Shown here: in pieces, positions 1 to 14,214 of the stretch
Layout of the letters: each line of letters starts with the position of its first letter
How positions within the stretch are numbered: the first letter of the stretch is position 1
Source: the human T2T-CHM13v2.0 reference genome, Homo sapiens
Length of the DNA: 64,000 nucleotides
Direction: 5' to 3' (one strand)
NCBI RefSeq assembly: GCF_009914755.1
Contig: NC_060925.1
Notes under the pieces: model-generated
Databases searched by the model: none
The model's input: the letters and a program-made list of their open reading frames with translations, nothing else
Told to the model about the DNA's origin: nothing
Position numbers and translations under genes: made by a program

Positions 1-1698
1 CGCTGGCCACTATGAGGAGAAGAGGAAAATCTGAGACTGTAAAACAAGACAAAGCCATGGGAGACTTGAATTTTAAATCATTCAGATTACATTTGCAAGA
101 ACAGATATGATATCTTCTTTGTCTTTGAACCTTCAGTACGTAGGTCAGTGCCTGACCCCCAGTAAGTGCTGAAAAGATGTGCAATTGAATTGAATAGGAT
201 ATATAGTATATAGTAAATACATACTGAATTGAATTGAACACACAGGATGCAATAAATACAATACATAATAAGAAAGTAAAAGCTCAAGGTGGTATTTCAT
301 AAAGTGTTTGTCTGATGAACAGCTATGCTTGCTCATTTTCTGACAGGATTATTGTTTATGTAGTTTCTCCTTTTGCCCTGGCTGCCAGTTAGTTGAGACA
401 ACTGCCTCAACTAATTATTTTAGCTCTCAGGCAATTCTGTATATTTGCATGCTTCTCTTTTTGAAGAGTCTCAATATTTCTTTCTATTTTATTAATCTTA
501 TAATGTTGCCTAATATAATTTTGGAAATGACACAGAGTACATTTCTGTACTATGCTCCTTGTTCTACAGTGAACATCAAGGGCCTCATCAATCACCAGTT
601 CCTGGCATTGAGGTGGCCATTTCAGGACAAAGGCAAAGCAACAGGAGACAGAGGTTGATTATTTCTGAGAAAACTATCCTGTGCTCTGCTGGAAATTGGT
701 CCCTTGCAACCCCAAGCACGAGGTGTCCTGAGAGGTTAACAAATGGTTCCCCTTTTAGAAAAACCCCAAAGGCAGAAGAACCACAGGGAGACAAATAGAA
801 CCTGAGCTAACACAGGGTTATGCTGTCAGCATGAACACTGGCTGCCCCAGGAAAGGAGGGAGGGAGACACAGAACATGTGGAAAAACAATAGCAAGAGTG
901 GCAGCAGAGTGGCACTAGCATGCAAAGGAAAAGGAGGGGAGAAGAAGAGGGAAGGGGAAGGTAGAAAGAATGAACATTGCTTACCTACTATTAATTCATT
1001 GCACAAATATTTATTAAATGCCTTATTTGTGCCAGAAACTGAGACTACGATCATGAACAAGATAGAAGGGTTTTCTGCTCTCATGCAGTGTACATTCTAG
1101 CTGGGGGGGGAAAAAAGACATCTAACAAGTTACTGCACATGTGATGACTGCTAAGAGGGAATATATATTGCCATTTTAGTGAATAGTGAGGGATCTACTC
1201 TAACTCAGTGAATTGAAGAAGATCTGTAAAAAAGACCAAAGGATGATCAGGAATTCGGTGGAGGAAGAGTAGGAGAACACGCTCTAGGCAGAGAACAGCA
1301 GGAAGGCAGCAGAAAGGGAGAGACGATGGGAGGGGTGGTTGGGCAGGAGGCAGGAATGTCCCAGGATGAAGCAGGTCAGGATAGGGATGTACAACTACCC
1401 TAAAAGCAACTGGAGGCTATTAAAGGCCTTGAGCAGAGTAATGACATGGTCTATTATCAAAAGATCACTCAGATCCTTTTGTGAAGAATGAACTCAAATG
1501 GGTAGATGTGGAAGTAGGGAGACCAGTGAGGTTGCGCACCTTATCAAGCCTGGTGTTCCCCTTATCAAGCCTGCTGGATCAGAAGAGGGTTGTGGCAGTG
1601 AGGACAGAGAGAGGTGGTCAGATTCAGGATGTGGGCAGGCAGAATCAGTAAGGATTGGTTATTCATTGCATGAGAGGGTGAGTGCGAGAGATGAATCA

Positions 1699-2082
<384 letters not shown>

Positions 2083-2361
2083 CTAAGGCCCAGAGAGAAG
2101 GGTGAGTTCATCTTCTTAGAAAGAGAACCTTGAAGGAGAAGGAGGTTCAGGGCAACAGGAGAGAGGGAGACCACGAGTTCAATTTCATACAAGCTGAGCT
2201 TGAGGACTCTGTGACCAGTCAAGTGGACACTAGGTAAAGTTGAATATATGGATTTGTATCTCAAAGGAAATTCTGGGCTTGAGATATAATTTGGGGAATT
2301 GTTGGACCATAGGAAATACATTAAAGACTTAAGACTGAATGAGTTCACCAAGGGAGTGTAG

Positions 2362-3490
<1,129 letters not shown>

Positions 3491-3822
3491 TATGCCGAAC
3501 AAAAACCGATAACAATAATGATAATAAAAACGCCATCCAGCAAAGGTAGGAAAGGCCGTGTCTCCAGTGCTCAGGAGAGGGTGCTTCGGTGAGTGGACTT
3601 TGCTCCTCTGGCCTTCCTAATTTTTCATAAATGTCTCCTTGTTAAGCCCCTTACCACTTGTAATACCAAAAGTGATTCCTATCTTTCTGACAAAACTGCT
3701 CCTCTGGCAACTATTTTTCCATTTGACTTGCAGCTTTTTCTTCTTCTACACAACATTGTTTTTCAGAAGAAGCAAGGAAGAATGAGATAAATAACTCACC
3801 AAGGGTTAAAAAGCTGGTAGTA

Positions 3823-4125
3823 GGCTAGGTGTGGGGGCTCATACCTGTAATCCCAGCACTTTGGGAGGCCAAGGCAGGAGGATCGTTTGAGGCCAGGAGT
3901 TTAAAACCAGTTAGGGCAATATTGCAAAATCCCATCTCTACAAAAAAAATCTTTAAAAATTAGCTAGTTGTGGTGGTGTGCACCTATAGTCCTAATTACT
4001 CAGGAGGCTGAGGTAGGAGGATAGCTTAAGACCAGGAGTTGGAGGCTGCAGTAAAGTATGATCACCACTGCACTCCAGGCTGGGTGACAGAGTGACACCC
4101 TGTCTCTAAAGCAAAAACACAAACC
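3823..4125 (+). mobile_element. AluJ inserted in a MIR fragment (~3780-4200)
   Basis: Dimeric Alu with J diagnostics (gaggccaggagt, gaggctgcagt); degenerate TSD aaaagct...ggtag. Confidence 0.95.
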
Positions 4126-4329
4126 AAAAGCTGCTGGTAGCAAAGTTAACATTTTAATCCAGATTTATCTCAATCCAAATCTGATGTTCTTTCCATTATA
4201 CTAATTTTTGTACACAGAGTACAGAAAAGAAAGTCTATTCAAGGAGAAAAGGTGGAAAAAAAGAGACAACAGCATCCTGAAAACAGAAAGTTGGGAAAGA
4301 AGAAAGATGGCAATCCTGTCTTTTCTCTC

Positions 4330-5103
4330 CGCCCCACCAAACGTGCCTCTTGTTTTCACTCTTGTTTGATGGCACTGTGATCCCCTAGCATTTAATTAGC
4401 AACCTCAGTGCATTCTCCCTCTTCTCAAACCTTCCCTGCCTCTCACTCCCTATTGTCCTCAGGGCTTTGTATTTCCTTATCTGAATGATTGCAGATTCTC
4501 TCCTTCCTTTCAGTCCTGCTCCCATCTAATTCATTCTTCTCACTGCTGCCAGAGTGATCTTTCCCAAGCAGAAAACGGACTCCTTCTCTCATCCTTCAGA
4601 AGGGTCTTATTGCCTTTCGTATAAAGTTAAAACTTAGTGTGTTCGAGTCTCTCCTGGGCCTACCTCTCCATACACAAGTCACACCATTCCTCTGCACATG
4701 CCATGGGTCAACGAGGCCAACTTACTTGCTATTCATGTACAGGTCAAAATTTCTTTGACTCCAAACCTCTACTACCCATGTTGTTCCTTCTGCCTGGAAT
4801 GTCCTTGTTTCTCCCTTGCCAGGTTGGTCCTTATTCCTCCTTTCTTCAGTGCTCTGCCGGGGAAGCTTTCCTGACTTCTCAGGCCATGTAAGGTGTCTCT
4901 CTTCTCTCCATTAGCACCTCTTGCTCACCCCTATTAGAGCACTCACCACACTGTGTTACAACTGCTGGGTAGCTTTTATTAAATATGTTTTTCCACCAAA
5001 CTGAGCCTTTTAAGGGCAAGGAACTATTTGCTTCCCCTGCAATAGGTATTTTTTATATATTCAATATTTAAATAGTGGTTGAATGAGGGTATGAATGAAT
5101 GAA
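4330..5103 (+). mobile_element. L2 3' region
   Basis: 'cactgctgccagagtgatcttt', 'ttccttctgcctggaatgtcctt', ends in '...gaatgagggtatgaatgaatgaa'. Confidence 0.8.
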
Positions 5104-5650
5104 GCTGTTTATGAGGTTTGTGCAATATGCAGAGGATATCTGTTGCTGCTACTGTAAGAGGTGATTGTCTATTCAGTGAGTGAAATCAATAAGGATAACA
5201 TGGCAAATACAAAAAGAAGTTGACCGAAGGCCAAGAGGCTAAATAATTGGACTGAAACACAGACTTGTTAGCCTTGGCCATCAATCAGTTACTAACTCCC
5301 CAAGTGATGAGAATTGCCAACAGCTCAGTTTACATTCATGTAGCCTATTTGTGGTGATATGATGAGCTACATATGTTTGCTTTGATTACTTAGCAAATCT
5401 GTTCTGATTTTGTCCATGTGGTATAAATTGAATTATTGCGAAATGATCCAATTTGTTAAAATTCCAAAGTTTAAATCTCCTACTACATATTAAAATTAGA
5501 AATCATTAAATTCAGGTACATCCTATCAACCAACTGGTGGCTACAAGCTAGTCAAGAATGGGCTGTTCTTGAAGGTGGTTCCTTGCTTCACTACTGAGTG
5601 CTTAGAGAAGTAGGTAGGGAGGAGGTTTTGTATCTGAATTCATATCTGAA

Positions 5651-5890
5651 TAATAATAGCTGCATTTATTGAGGCTTTCTAGTTACCAGTAAGCTAAATC
5701 CTTTCCATTAATTATCTCACGAACCGTTTACACTAATCCCATGGGATATGTGTTATTATCCTATAGGAGGAAAATGAGGCTTTGAGGGGTTAAACCAATT
5801 TCCTAAAGTCATGGAGACATAAGGGGTAAAGCTATGTATGATTCCCAGTCTCTCTGACTTTCAAGCCTATCCTTTTGACCACTAATTTGC
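5651..5890 (-). mobile_element. MIR SINE
   Basis: 'aataatagctgcatttattgag...gaggaaaatgaggct...tctctgactttcaagcc'. Confidence 0.8.
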
Positions 5891-6608
5891 TATACTCTCC
5901 TGACTCTCTAAAGAGAGAAATTACTCATCAAGGGTCTCTATAGTGGGCAGCAGAGATGTTTTGCTAAGAGTAAAAGAAAGCCTGATACAAGGATATACTG
6001 ATGTGGCATGATTTCCACCATAGTGAAGTCATCTAATGAGAAAAGGATTTTGTTTGGACTAGCAAAGTCAGACTCATCCTGTAACTTTCAGCTCAAAGGG
6101 CCCCTCCACCATGGGTGGAGTTGTCCTCAACAAACAAAACAAACTTAGCACAGCTCAAATTGCAAACCAACTTATTATTTCCATGTTTGCTTGCTTTCTG
6201 TGTAAACAACTCATAGACAGACTGCATAGACAGTCCCTGAGCTGTCTTTTCAGAGCCATAGATCATGCCAATTTAGAAAACTCGAAGTCACCCAAACTCT
6301 TAAATTAGTTATAACCTAATTTTAACAAGGAAGAAAAGTTCTGCTGGATCCCATGCCTCCCTGATGTATACTAGAAAAGTCCTTCTGTCATATTAGTTGG
6401 CACAGGGATAGTGCACTTAAACTGTTTAATGTTACAACCACAGTTTTCATCCCTATAGACTAAATTCTGGAGAGAAATAAATGAATGCTAAATACCTGCT
6501 GTCAGTTCTGGCACTCGAGGCTGGAAGTTAGTCTGTTTCCCATAAGGAATAGAAATAAAAACAAGCCACTTAGACAGTTTTGGCTTTCATACAGACTTAT
6601 GAGCACAT

Positions 6609-6609
<1 letters not shown>

Positions 6610-6658
<49 letters not shown>

Positions 6659-6670
6659 TCTCTGTCTCTG

Positions 6671-6710
<40 letters not shown>
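6610..6710. repeat. Compound microsatellite (CA)n-(CT)n-(CA)n
   Basis: Directly visible. Confidence 0.99.
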
Positions 6711-6712
<2 letters not shown>

Positions 6713-6947
6713 AACACCATGATTCCTAAATGGAACAGGTTCACATTTAGACTGAAAATCTGATCAAAGCAGAAAAAAGGCAATCTGAGTCTCTAGGACT
6801 TTGCTTTATTTAATGTAATTTTTATCTCTTTTGCTTGTACTACATCCAGCAGGAAATACTAATATACACAGTGCCATAAGCATCACTATTTGTGAGGTCC
6901 TTTCCCTCCAGTTGAAAAAAAATGAACCTTCTCTCATATATATATAC

Positions 6948-7158
6948 TTAGAGACAGGGTCTCACTCCTCTCCCTGTCACCCAGGCTGGGGTGCATCATA
7001 ATTCACTGCAGCCTTGAATTCCTGGGCTCAAGTGATCCTCCCACTTCAGCCTTCCACGTAGCTGGAATTATACGCATGCACCACCACACCCGGCTATTTT
7101 TTTTTTTTCTTTTGTAGAGATGTGGTCTTGCTCTGTTGCCCAGGCTGGTCTTAAACTT
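6948..7158 (-). mobile_element. AluJ, 5'-truncated
   Basis: Right arm, A-rich linker and part of left arm in reverse. Confidence 0.92.
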
Positions 7159-7333
7159 GAAATAAGTGTTGGCCCAGGATCAATATCTTTTTTTTTTTTA
7201 AGTAAGTTAAATCATCCAGTTACCACATCATGTAGCAATTGTTCAGTCTTTGGAGTCTTTGCTATAGTGACCACTTAAAAAATATAATTTTCTTAGTACA
7301 AGAAAGTTTTACTAAAACTTTAGTAAAGTTTTA

Positions 7334-7422
7334 GTACCTGGCCACAGAGTAAGAAAGTACCTGGCACAAAGTACCAGCACAAAGTAGGCATTCAATAAAT
7401 GTTCATGAATGAATGAATGAAT
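7334..7422 (+). mobile_element. L2 3' tail with triplicated 'gtacc(t/a)g..caca' motif
   Basis: 'agtaggcattcaataaatgttcatgaatgaatgaatgaat'. Confidence 0.8.
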
Positions 7423-7996
7423 ATACGAACAAAAGAGAAAGAATGGTCAACTATAAAGAGAAAGATGACAGATTTAAGAAAAACACAATAATGTTACTAC
7501 AGACTTCTATTGGCTGGAAGGCAAACAAGGGAGTCACATGAACAGGATCATTACAGATTTGCCACAAATTTGCAAAGATTTATGGGAAATGTCATTTGGC
7601 TTTTCTAGGTCTTTCTATAATTTGGGAAGGGTATTTATCACCTTATTCCTCACAAGAATGCTATAAATCATCGTGTAATTTTGTATGTTTTTCATTGCAA
7701 TCTATAACTTAAAGCTCACAGCAAAAAAAATTCAGCTCCTGGGGAATAGCAACCCTAGAGGGGCCTTTTGTATCTTGGACACCAGACCAAAGATCCCAAC
7801 TACAAACTCAGTCTCCACAGGTACCCAGGACCTTCTGGATGTCAGTAAGGAAGACCAGCCCAATACAGAGCCCTAGGTATCTCCCTGAAAGATGAGAGTC
7901 TCAAAACTGGACTGGCCTTGGGCTCTAAGCCTAGAAGGTCAATATTTCATGGTTTCTAATTGCAAGAATGATTCTAGGGCACAATCTCATCTCTGG

Positions 7997-8168
7997 ATGA
8001 GATTCTCCAACTGTAATGTGAATTGTCTAGGATAATCTGGCAATCTTGTTACAATGCACATTTAGAACCAGTAGGTCTAGGGTAAGGCCTGACACTCTGC
8101 TTTGCTAATAAGCACCCAGATGATGAGAATGCTGCTGGTCTGTGGAGGCGCCAACTTGGAGTAGCGAG
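7997..8168. mobile_element. MER5-family hAT-Charlie MITE
   Basis: 'atcttgttacaatgca...cagtaggtctagggtaaggcctga...ccagatgatgagaatgctgctggtc...ttggagtagc'. Confidence 0.75.
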
Positions 8169-8279
8169 TCTGGAGTCTCTGGAGCCCAACAGTGCCTCAG
8201 AATAGCAATCACAGAGCACCGCATGGGCTCAGATGAGAGGGAGTCTTTGGAAATACTTCCTGTCTTAGTATTAGCCTCT

Positions 8280-8605
8280 CAAAGCACAGTCTCTGGACCC
8301 CAACAGACAAGAATTGGAATCTAGATACTGCCACACCAGGAGCTTTGTGATCTTGAGTCAATTGTCCTTTGGCTCTCAGTTTCTCCATCTGTAAAATGGG
8401 GCTGATCATACCTATTAGAACTGTTGTGAAGATTAAATCCAGGCAAACAGACCTACATTTGAAATCCAACTCTTCCTTTAGCTCTCACTAGCTATGAGGT
8501 ATTAGGAAAAGCATTCAAGCTCACCAAGCCTCAGTTTTCTCATCTGGAAAGGCAAGATACTAATAATTAACTCACAAGGTTGTTTTCAAGATTCAATGAA
8601 ATAAC
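8280..8605 (+). mobile_element. Two tandem MIR fragments
   Basis: MIR core 'ctcagtttctccatctgtaaaatggg' (~8375) and 'gcctcagttttctcatctggaaa' (~8528). Confidence 0.85.
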
Positions 8606-8819
8606 TCAGTGTTCTCAATGTGGGACACATTCCTGAGGTTCACACTTCTTTTAAAACATTATCGAAGGCAGTTGTTAAGAGAAAAGATGTTATAAAGCTA
8701 AAATATTCAGATAAAGTATTTGGAGAAAGCAGAATTTTATCTGAAGCTTGAAAAACTATTAGGATCTGCAGAATGGGTGAGAATGTTGCCTTTTTGTAAG
8801 CAAGTCAGAGCTCAGAATA

Positions 8820-9105
8820 TAATTCTCTCCATTCTTTACTTGACTAATTGTTAGTCACTCCTTGTTCTCTGTTTAGATGTCATTAACTCAGGGAAATCTT
8901 TTCAGCCCTTCAGGCCAGGCTATTTCCTAAACTACGTGTTATTACCATATTCAGTACTTGGCACCATATTCCTCCCTCACCAATCTCTGAGGCCTATAAG
9001 GCAGGGACTCTGTCTGCCTTGTTCCCTGTTGTATCCCTAGACCTAGCACAGCATCCAACAATATCTTAGGCATTCTGTTAATATTTTTTGCATAACCGCA
9101 TGAAA
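8820..9105 (+). mobile_element. L2 3' end
   Basis: 'gggcagggactctgtctgccttgttccctgttgtatccctagacctagcacag'. Confidence 0.75.
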
Positions 9106-9534
9106 TAGAATTCAGAATTCAAGTGGTCAGATTTCAAATATGTTTGAAATGAGATATAATTTTCTTCTACAAAGTATACATAAAAGATCATAATTTCTAC
9201 TTTCAATTCAACAATAGAAATTACATAACACCGGTCCTTTAGACCTTATAGGAGATGGAAGGACATAGGCATGAATAAATCACAGGCTTGTGGAGCTCCC
9301 AAAATAGCAGAAAGATTAATACATCAACAACATCGGTGGTGGGATAAGCATATGATTAGGGTGTATATGAAGTGCTTTGAGAGCACAGATACAGGAGCAA
9401 TTCCTTCTTCTGGAGAGAAGTTGAAGGAAGCAGGGAAAGTTGCAAAGAAGACAGTTGAGCTGGACTTTGAAGGATGAGCTGCAATTGGCTCAGTGAACAT
9501 GGAGATGAAACAGCATTGATTTCATTTTAAGAGT

Positions 9535-9765
9535 GCCTCCAGAGCACAAATTCTGAAGCCGGGCTCTGCAACTTACTCTTCCTGGACCCTTAGGCAACTT
9601 AGTTGCCCTCTCTCTGCCACTTCAGTTTTCTCATCTGAAAATGGGACTAACAACAGAATGTATTCTGTTAGGTCCCTTATGAGGATTTCATACATTAATC
9701 TAGGCTAAGTGCTCAGAGTAGTGCTGGGCACCCAGTAAAGGTTATATAAATGTTAGTTGTTGTTG
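9535..9765 (+). mobile_element. MIR, flanked by minus-strand L2 fragments (~9200-9500, ~9905-10060)
   Basis: Core 'ttcagttttctcatctgaaaatggg' and tail 'gtgctgggcacccagtaa...taaatgttag'. Confidence 0.85.
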
Positions 9766-10489
9766 CCGCCGCTGCTGCTGTTGTTACCATTATACTTAGT
9801 TGTAGCCAAAACTATTTTCATCTGCTAATCAAAATGTGGCTTTATACCCATAATGGGTTTCAGTCCACCTGTATGCCTGAGCACACCAGTGGAAAACCAC
9901 TGCTCTAAAAAGAATGGAAGGGAGACAAGGGTGAACAGGGACAGATGCATTAGATATTAACTGACTGTAATCCAGGTGAAAAATGGTGTCTTCCTATGTA
10001 GTGAAAATAGAACACAGCCCAGGCCAGAGCTTTGAGGTGTTATATTGGGAAGTGCTGGTTTAGTACTACTTACCAGAAGAGAGGTCTAAAATCTGTCTTG
10101 CATATTTCAGCACGAGTACCAATCAAGTGAGTACTCTTCCTAAGAACAGCTCCTTTTTATTTGCTATTTTTTGCCTCACAACCTTTAAAGCAGGAAGATG
10201 GCTTAACAGGTCAAAGAAACATCATTCATTCTGTATACATTGCTCTGGAGTAAACTCCTCTATCAATATTTCATGAAACAGACTCCCCAGAATGGGAGTG
10301 CAGACTGAAGGTCAGAGACGGTCAGTCACGGCTGATGTTGGAAGGCTTGGCTGAAACTCATTGATGTCACATTCAGAGGCTGTCTACAGCCAAGACAAAG
10401 GATGCTACATCCTAGAGAAGGGGTTTAAAGAGAAGATTCTACAGAGACAACTACTTTACAAACAAACAAAGGGCCCTACATTGTCTTAC

Positions 10490-10749
10490 ATTCATGACAT
10501 GATTCCGTTCCCCACTCCAGACGGTGTTCCTATTTTTACTCAGCTCCCGGTATTCTTTCTGTTTCCACCCAATTAATTGTCAGATGATTCGCAGTCATGA
10601 GACGATTTGGTCACATAATGAGATGGTCCGTGATTGCTGCATACTTCCTCCCTTCTCCCAAAATTGTACCAACATGACAGAATAATTTTGGTGAAAATCT
10701 TAGAATGCATGACCACTTCTGTCTCAGCAGCAGTTGTTTTCTGTCTTTT
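10490..10749 (-). other. Candidate non-coding exon (260 nt)
   Basis: Minus-strand acceptor cttctactgtttttgttccag|A, donor AAT|gtaaga; unique sequence with 6 CpGs; no recognisable protein. Confidence 0.3.
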
Positions 10750-11040
10750 CTGGAACAAAAACAGTAGAAGCCCCACTAGCTGTAAAATGCAGAATGGCCA
10801 GTTATCTGTCCCAACCTTCTCCAGGGCATTATCAGGAACTCCTGAGTGACGAGCCATGTTCAGTTAGCTTCCTATGCACAGCTGTTAGCACAGTGCCTCA
10901 CAAATACATACATTTTTCATATTATTAGATGATGATTACAACCCTTTGTTAAGACTTTTTAAAGAAAAGCTTTATCGTATCTCAAATGCCTAAAACCTCT
11001 TGTGTCAAGTTTGCTTTATTAATAATTTAGAGATGCTCTT

Positions 11041-11255
11041 TCTTTTTTTTTATTATACTTTAAGTTCTAGGGTACATGTGCACAATGTGCAGTTTTGTTA
11101 CATATGTATACATGTGCCATGTTGGTGTGCTGCACCCATTAACTCGTCATTTACATTAGGTGTATCTCCTAATGCTATCCCTCCCTCCTCCCCTCACCCC
11201 ACCACAGGCCCCGGTGTGTGATGTTCCCCTTCCTGTGTCCAGGTGTTCTCATTGT
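11041..11255 (-). mobile_element. Young L1PA 3' end (L1PA3-5-like), ~215 bp
   Basis: Near-consensus 'ttattatactttaagttctagggtacatgtgcacaa...gtgtgtgatgttccccttcctgtgtcc'; TSD gctctttct both sides. Confidence 0.96.
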
Positions 11256-11310
11256 GGAGCCGCTCTTTCTATGTCCTGCCCAGGCAGAGGCCTTCCCAAA
11301 AGCTCTAGAG

Positions 11311-11496
11311 CAGTAGTTCTCAAAATGTGACCCTGGACTCGCAGCATCAGTGTCACCTGGGAGCTTGTTAGGTATGCAAATTCTCCAACCCCACCCCAGC
11401 ATTACTGAATCAGCAATTCTGGGACGGGGTCCAGCAATCTGTGTTTTAACAACACTCCAGGTAATTCTGGTGCACACTGAAGTTTGAGAACCATTG
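11311..11496. mobile_element. MER5A (hAT-Charlie)
   Basis: TIRs cagtagttctcaaa / tttgagaaccattg; flanks ctctagag / atccagat fit the NTCTAGAN target. Confidence 0.93.
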
Positions 11497-11589
11497 ATCC
11501 AGATGTATGAAAACTCATTTTCCGAGTTAACACTGAGTTCCAAAAGGTTTATATCAAAGTACTCCTTTTGTTGAATCTTCCTCTGTATG

Positions 11590-12090
11590 TCAAATTACCT
11601 GTTTACAATCCTCCGGGGGTCCCCTCTTGCCTTCATGACAAAAAACAAATTGCTTAGCTTGGTCTACAGAGAACTTACAAGCCAGCCCCTACCCAGCCCC
11701 GCCTCCCTACCGCATACACCATGCTCCACACCCACAGTGCACATTGCCCACTTTGTGTTATGCATATGCTGGGTCCTTTCCCTGGAATATAATACTTTTT
11801 CCCTCCTTTGCCTGGTAGACCTCTCTCCTTGAAGACAAAGTGTTGATATCAACTCCACCTTCAAGTCTCTCAAGCAGAACTAGATGCTGTTTCTTCAATG
11901 TTTCCACATCTTCTTGTTCACATGTGTCTAAGGTACCCATTGAATTATTTTATAATTTCTATGGCCATATCTTCTAGGATAAACAAAATTCATGTCAGAG
12001 GCTGCATCTTTTTGGTCTTTAGTAGTTCCAGGGTTAAGCTTAATGTCCGACCCTATCAGATCTTTGCCATGTTTATTAAATAATTGCTCA
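11590..12090 (+). mobile_element. L2 3' region
   Basis: 'gctgggtcctttccctggaat', decayed tail near 12070-12090. Confidence 0.65.
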
Positions 12091-12259
12091 ATGCCAATTT
12101 CACATTCACAGGAAAAAAAATCCAGACATGTATACATTCTACACTAAGACAAATACAAACTAAGGTTAAGAAGAGAGTTCATATAATTAAATCCTTGTTA
12201 CATGGTGCTAAAAGCCTATGTGAACAGAGATTTAACAGTAGAAAAAGCAAGTGCTTCCA

Positions 12260-12430
12260 AATCTGAAAATGTGAGCCTCAATTTCACTGCTTGTGGCTGT
12301 TTAAACTTGAGCAAGTGAGTCGCTGGGCCTCAGTTTCCTCATCTGTAGAATGGAATGGAATAATATCTGCCCTGTTTACCTCACAACTGGTGGTTGTGAT
12401 AACATGAGATGCTGTGTGCCATAAAATAGA
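12260..12430 (+). mobile_element. MIR
   Basis: Core 'gggcctcagtttcctcatctgtagaatgg'. Confidence 0.85.
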
Positions 12431-13852
12431 TTATTAATGTATCATGTCCTGTCTGTCTACAGCTTGATCTTATTATCATCAGATATTAAACATTACCTAA
12501 AACACTAAAGTACAGTGAAATAAAAAGGTTTCATTCCATTCACTAAACATATGGGGCACTGGGATAGAAGAAAGAAAGAAGGGAAAAAAGTTCACCAGTT
12601 GAGCAACACTCCTTTGAATTTAACATAGCAGAGGGGTCTCAATGCAAGAAAATTTCCTATGGATTCTTGCTCTACAGAGTCATTGTGGGTTTTTTCTGTC
12701 CACCTCTCCACTCCCACCCTCCAAACATCCACCAAGCGCTGATTTCTGAAGGTGAAAGCAACAAGGAGGGCTTTATATTGTGTTTTCCTTTCCCACCTCC
12801 CTTTACATATTCTTTCTTTCCATGCTGCCCCTTTAGGAAGGCAGGGGTGGTCTGCCATTGGGCTTATCATCAGTCTCCCAAGAGCCCCGTGGTATACAAT
12901 TATGCCAAGCTTCGGATTGCTTGCAGTAGAGTTGTCAGGTTACTTTCAACTCCAGGCTTTTGGCACAGGGAAGGCATTTGGCTGGACCAGGCAGGGGCTT
13001 TAACTCGCAGCCTGCTCTGCCAAGTACAGTTGATACTTCAGGCAAGAGGAAAGGAATTTGAAGTTTACTCTGGCTCCAGAAATTCTGCTTAAGGAACATC
13101 AGCAGTTAATAAAATTTAGTCATTTTTTAAACTAAGCTTACTGCTTTTTGTGTGCTAATCTGTAATCTCCTCTTTTGGGCAATATTTCAGCCTGCTTTGA
13201 CAGCCCTGTTCAGACTCCATTAATCATAGAATGTGATGACTTCCCTACTTTTCGATTTTTAAGATGCTTCAAGGGAAATCTGTCTCCCCAGACACTTGCG
13301 TACTACATTGTAAGCCATTTTTACTATGAAGAAGATTGTAAGCTCAATTACGGGCTTTACTGCGCTGATAACGAACACAGATATGAGACAAGCAGACTTG
13401 AGCTCCTGCCTCGAGGATGGTGAGCAAAGAGCCTAAGCAAAACTGAGAGGAAATGAAACACAAAGAGGAAACAGAAAGGTGAGAAAATAGAGGGTGGGAG
13501 GGCAGGCAAGTGATTCATGGGGCCACCATAAAAGGGATATGTTAAGTGACCAAAGCAAAACCTCTAGAAAGGGCTCAAATACATAAGATAGAGATCACAT
13601 GGGGCTGTTCTGTCAAATATAGGGTGAGTGATGGGAAAGAAAATAACTTGTTAAGGGAAGTTTCTAAACTGAGAAAATTTTGTGAGGTTTGAATATCTGT
13701 GAGACCAGTTTCGATCTAGAACCAAGAAGTAGATCCAAGACCTCCACAAAATGTATGTCTCTTCCCTGAGGAGAATGGGTTAAAATAGCCCAGACTAGGT
13801 ACAGAAATAAGGAGAAAATAGCAGTCCTGGAAGACCTAATTGGCCTATTAAC

Positions 13853-13872
13853 TTTTTTTTTATTTTCTTTTT

Positions 13873-13920
<48 letters not shown>

Positions 13921-14214
13921 TTTTTTTTTTTTTTTGAGACAGGGTCTCTCTTTGTCACGCAGGTTGGAGTGCAGTGGTATGATCACTGACTGCAGGCTTG
14001 ATCTCCTGGGCTCAAATGATTCTCCCACCTCAGCCTCCTGAGTAGCCAGGACTTCAGGCATGCATCACCACATCTGGCTAATTTTTGTATTTTTTGTAGA
14101 GATGGGATTTTGCCATGTTGTCCGGGCTGGTCTTGAACTGCTGAGCTCAAGCAATCTGCTTGCCTCGGCCTCCTAAAGTGCTGGGATTACAGGCATGAGC
14201 CACCAGGCCCAGTC
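13853..14214 (-). mobile_element. AluJ with (TTTC)n expanded tail
   Basis: Reverse Alu; (TTTC)n at ~13870-13920; degenerate TSD ggcctattaactt / ggcctaataagtt. Confidence 0.96.

Noticed and set aside
12667-13092. Longest ORF (141 aa)
   Set aside because: No domain similarity I recognise, TTG start, composition typical of non-coding DNA.
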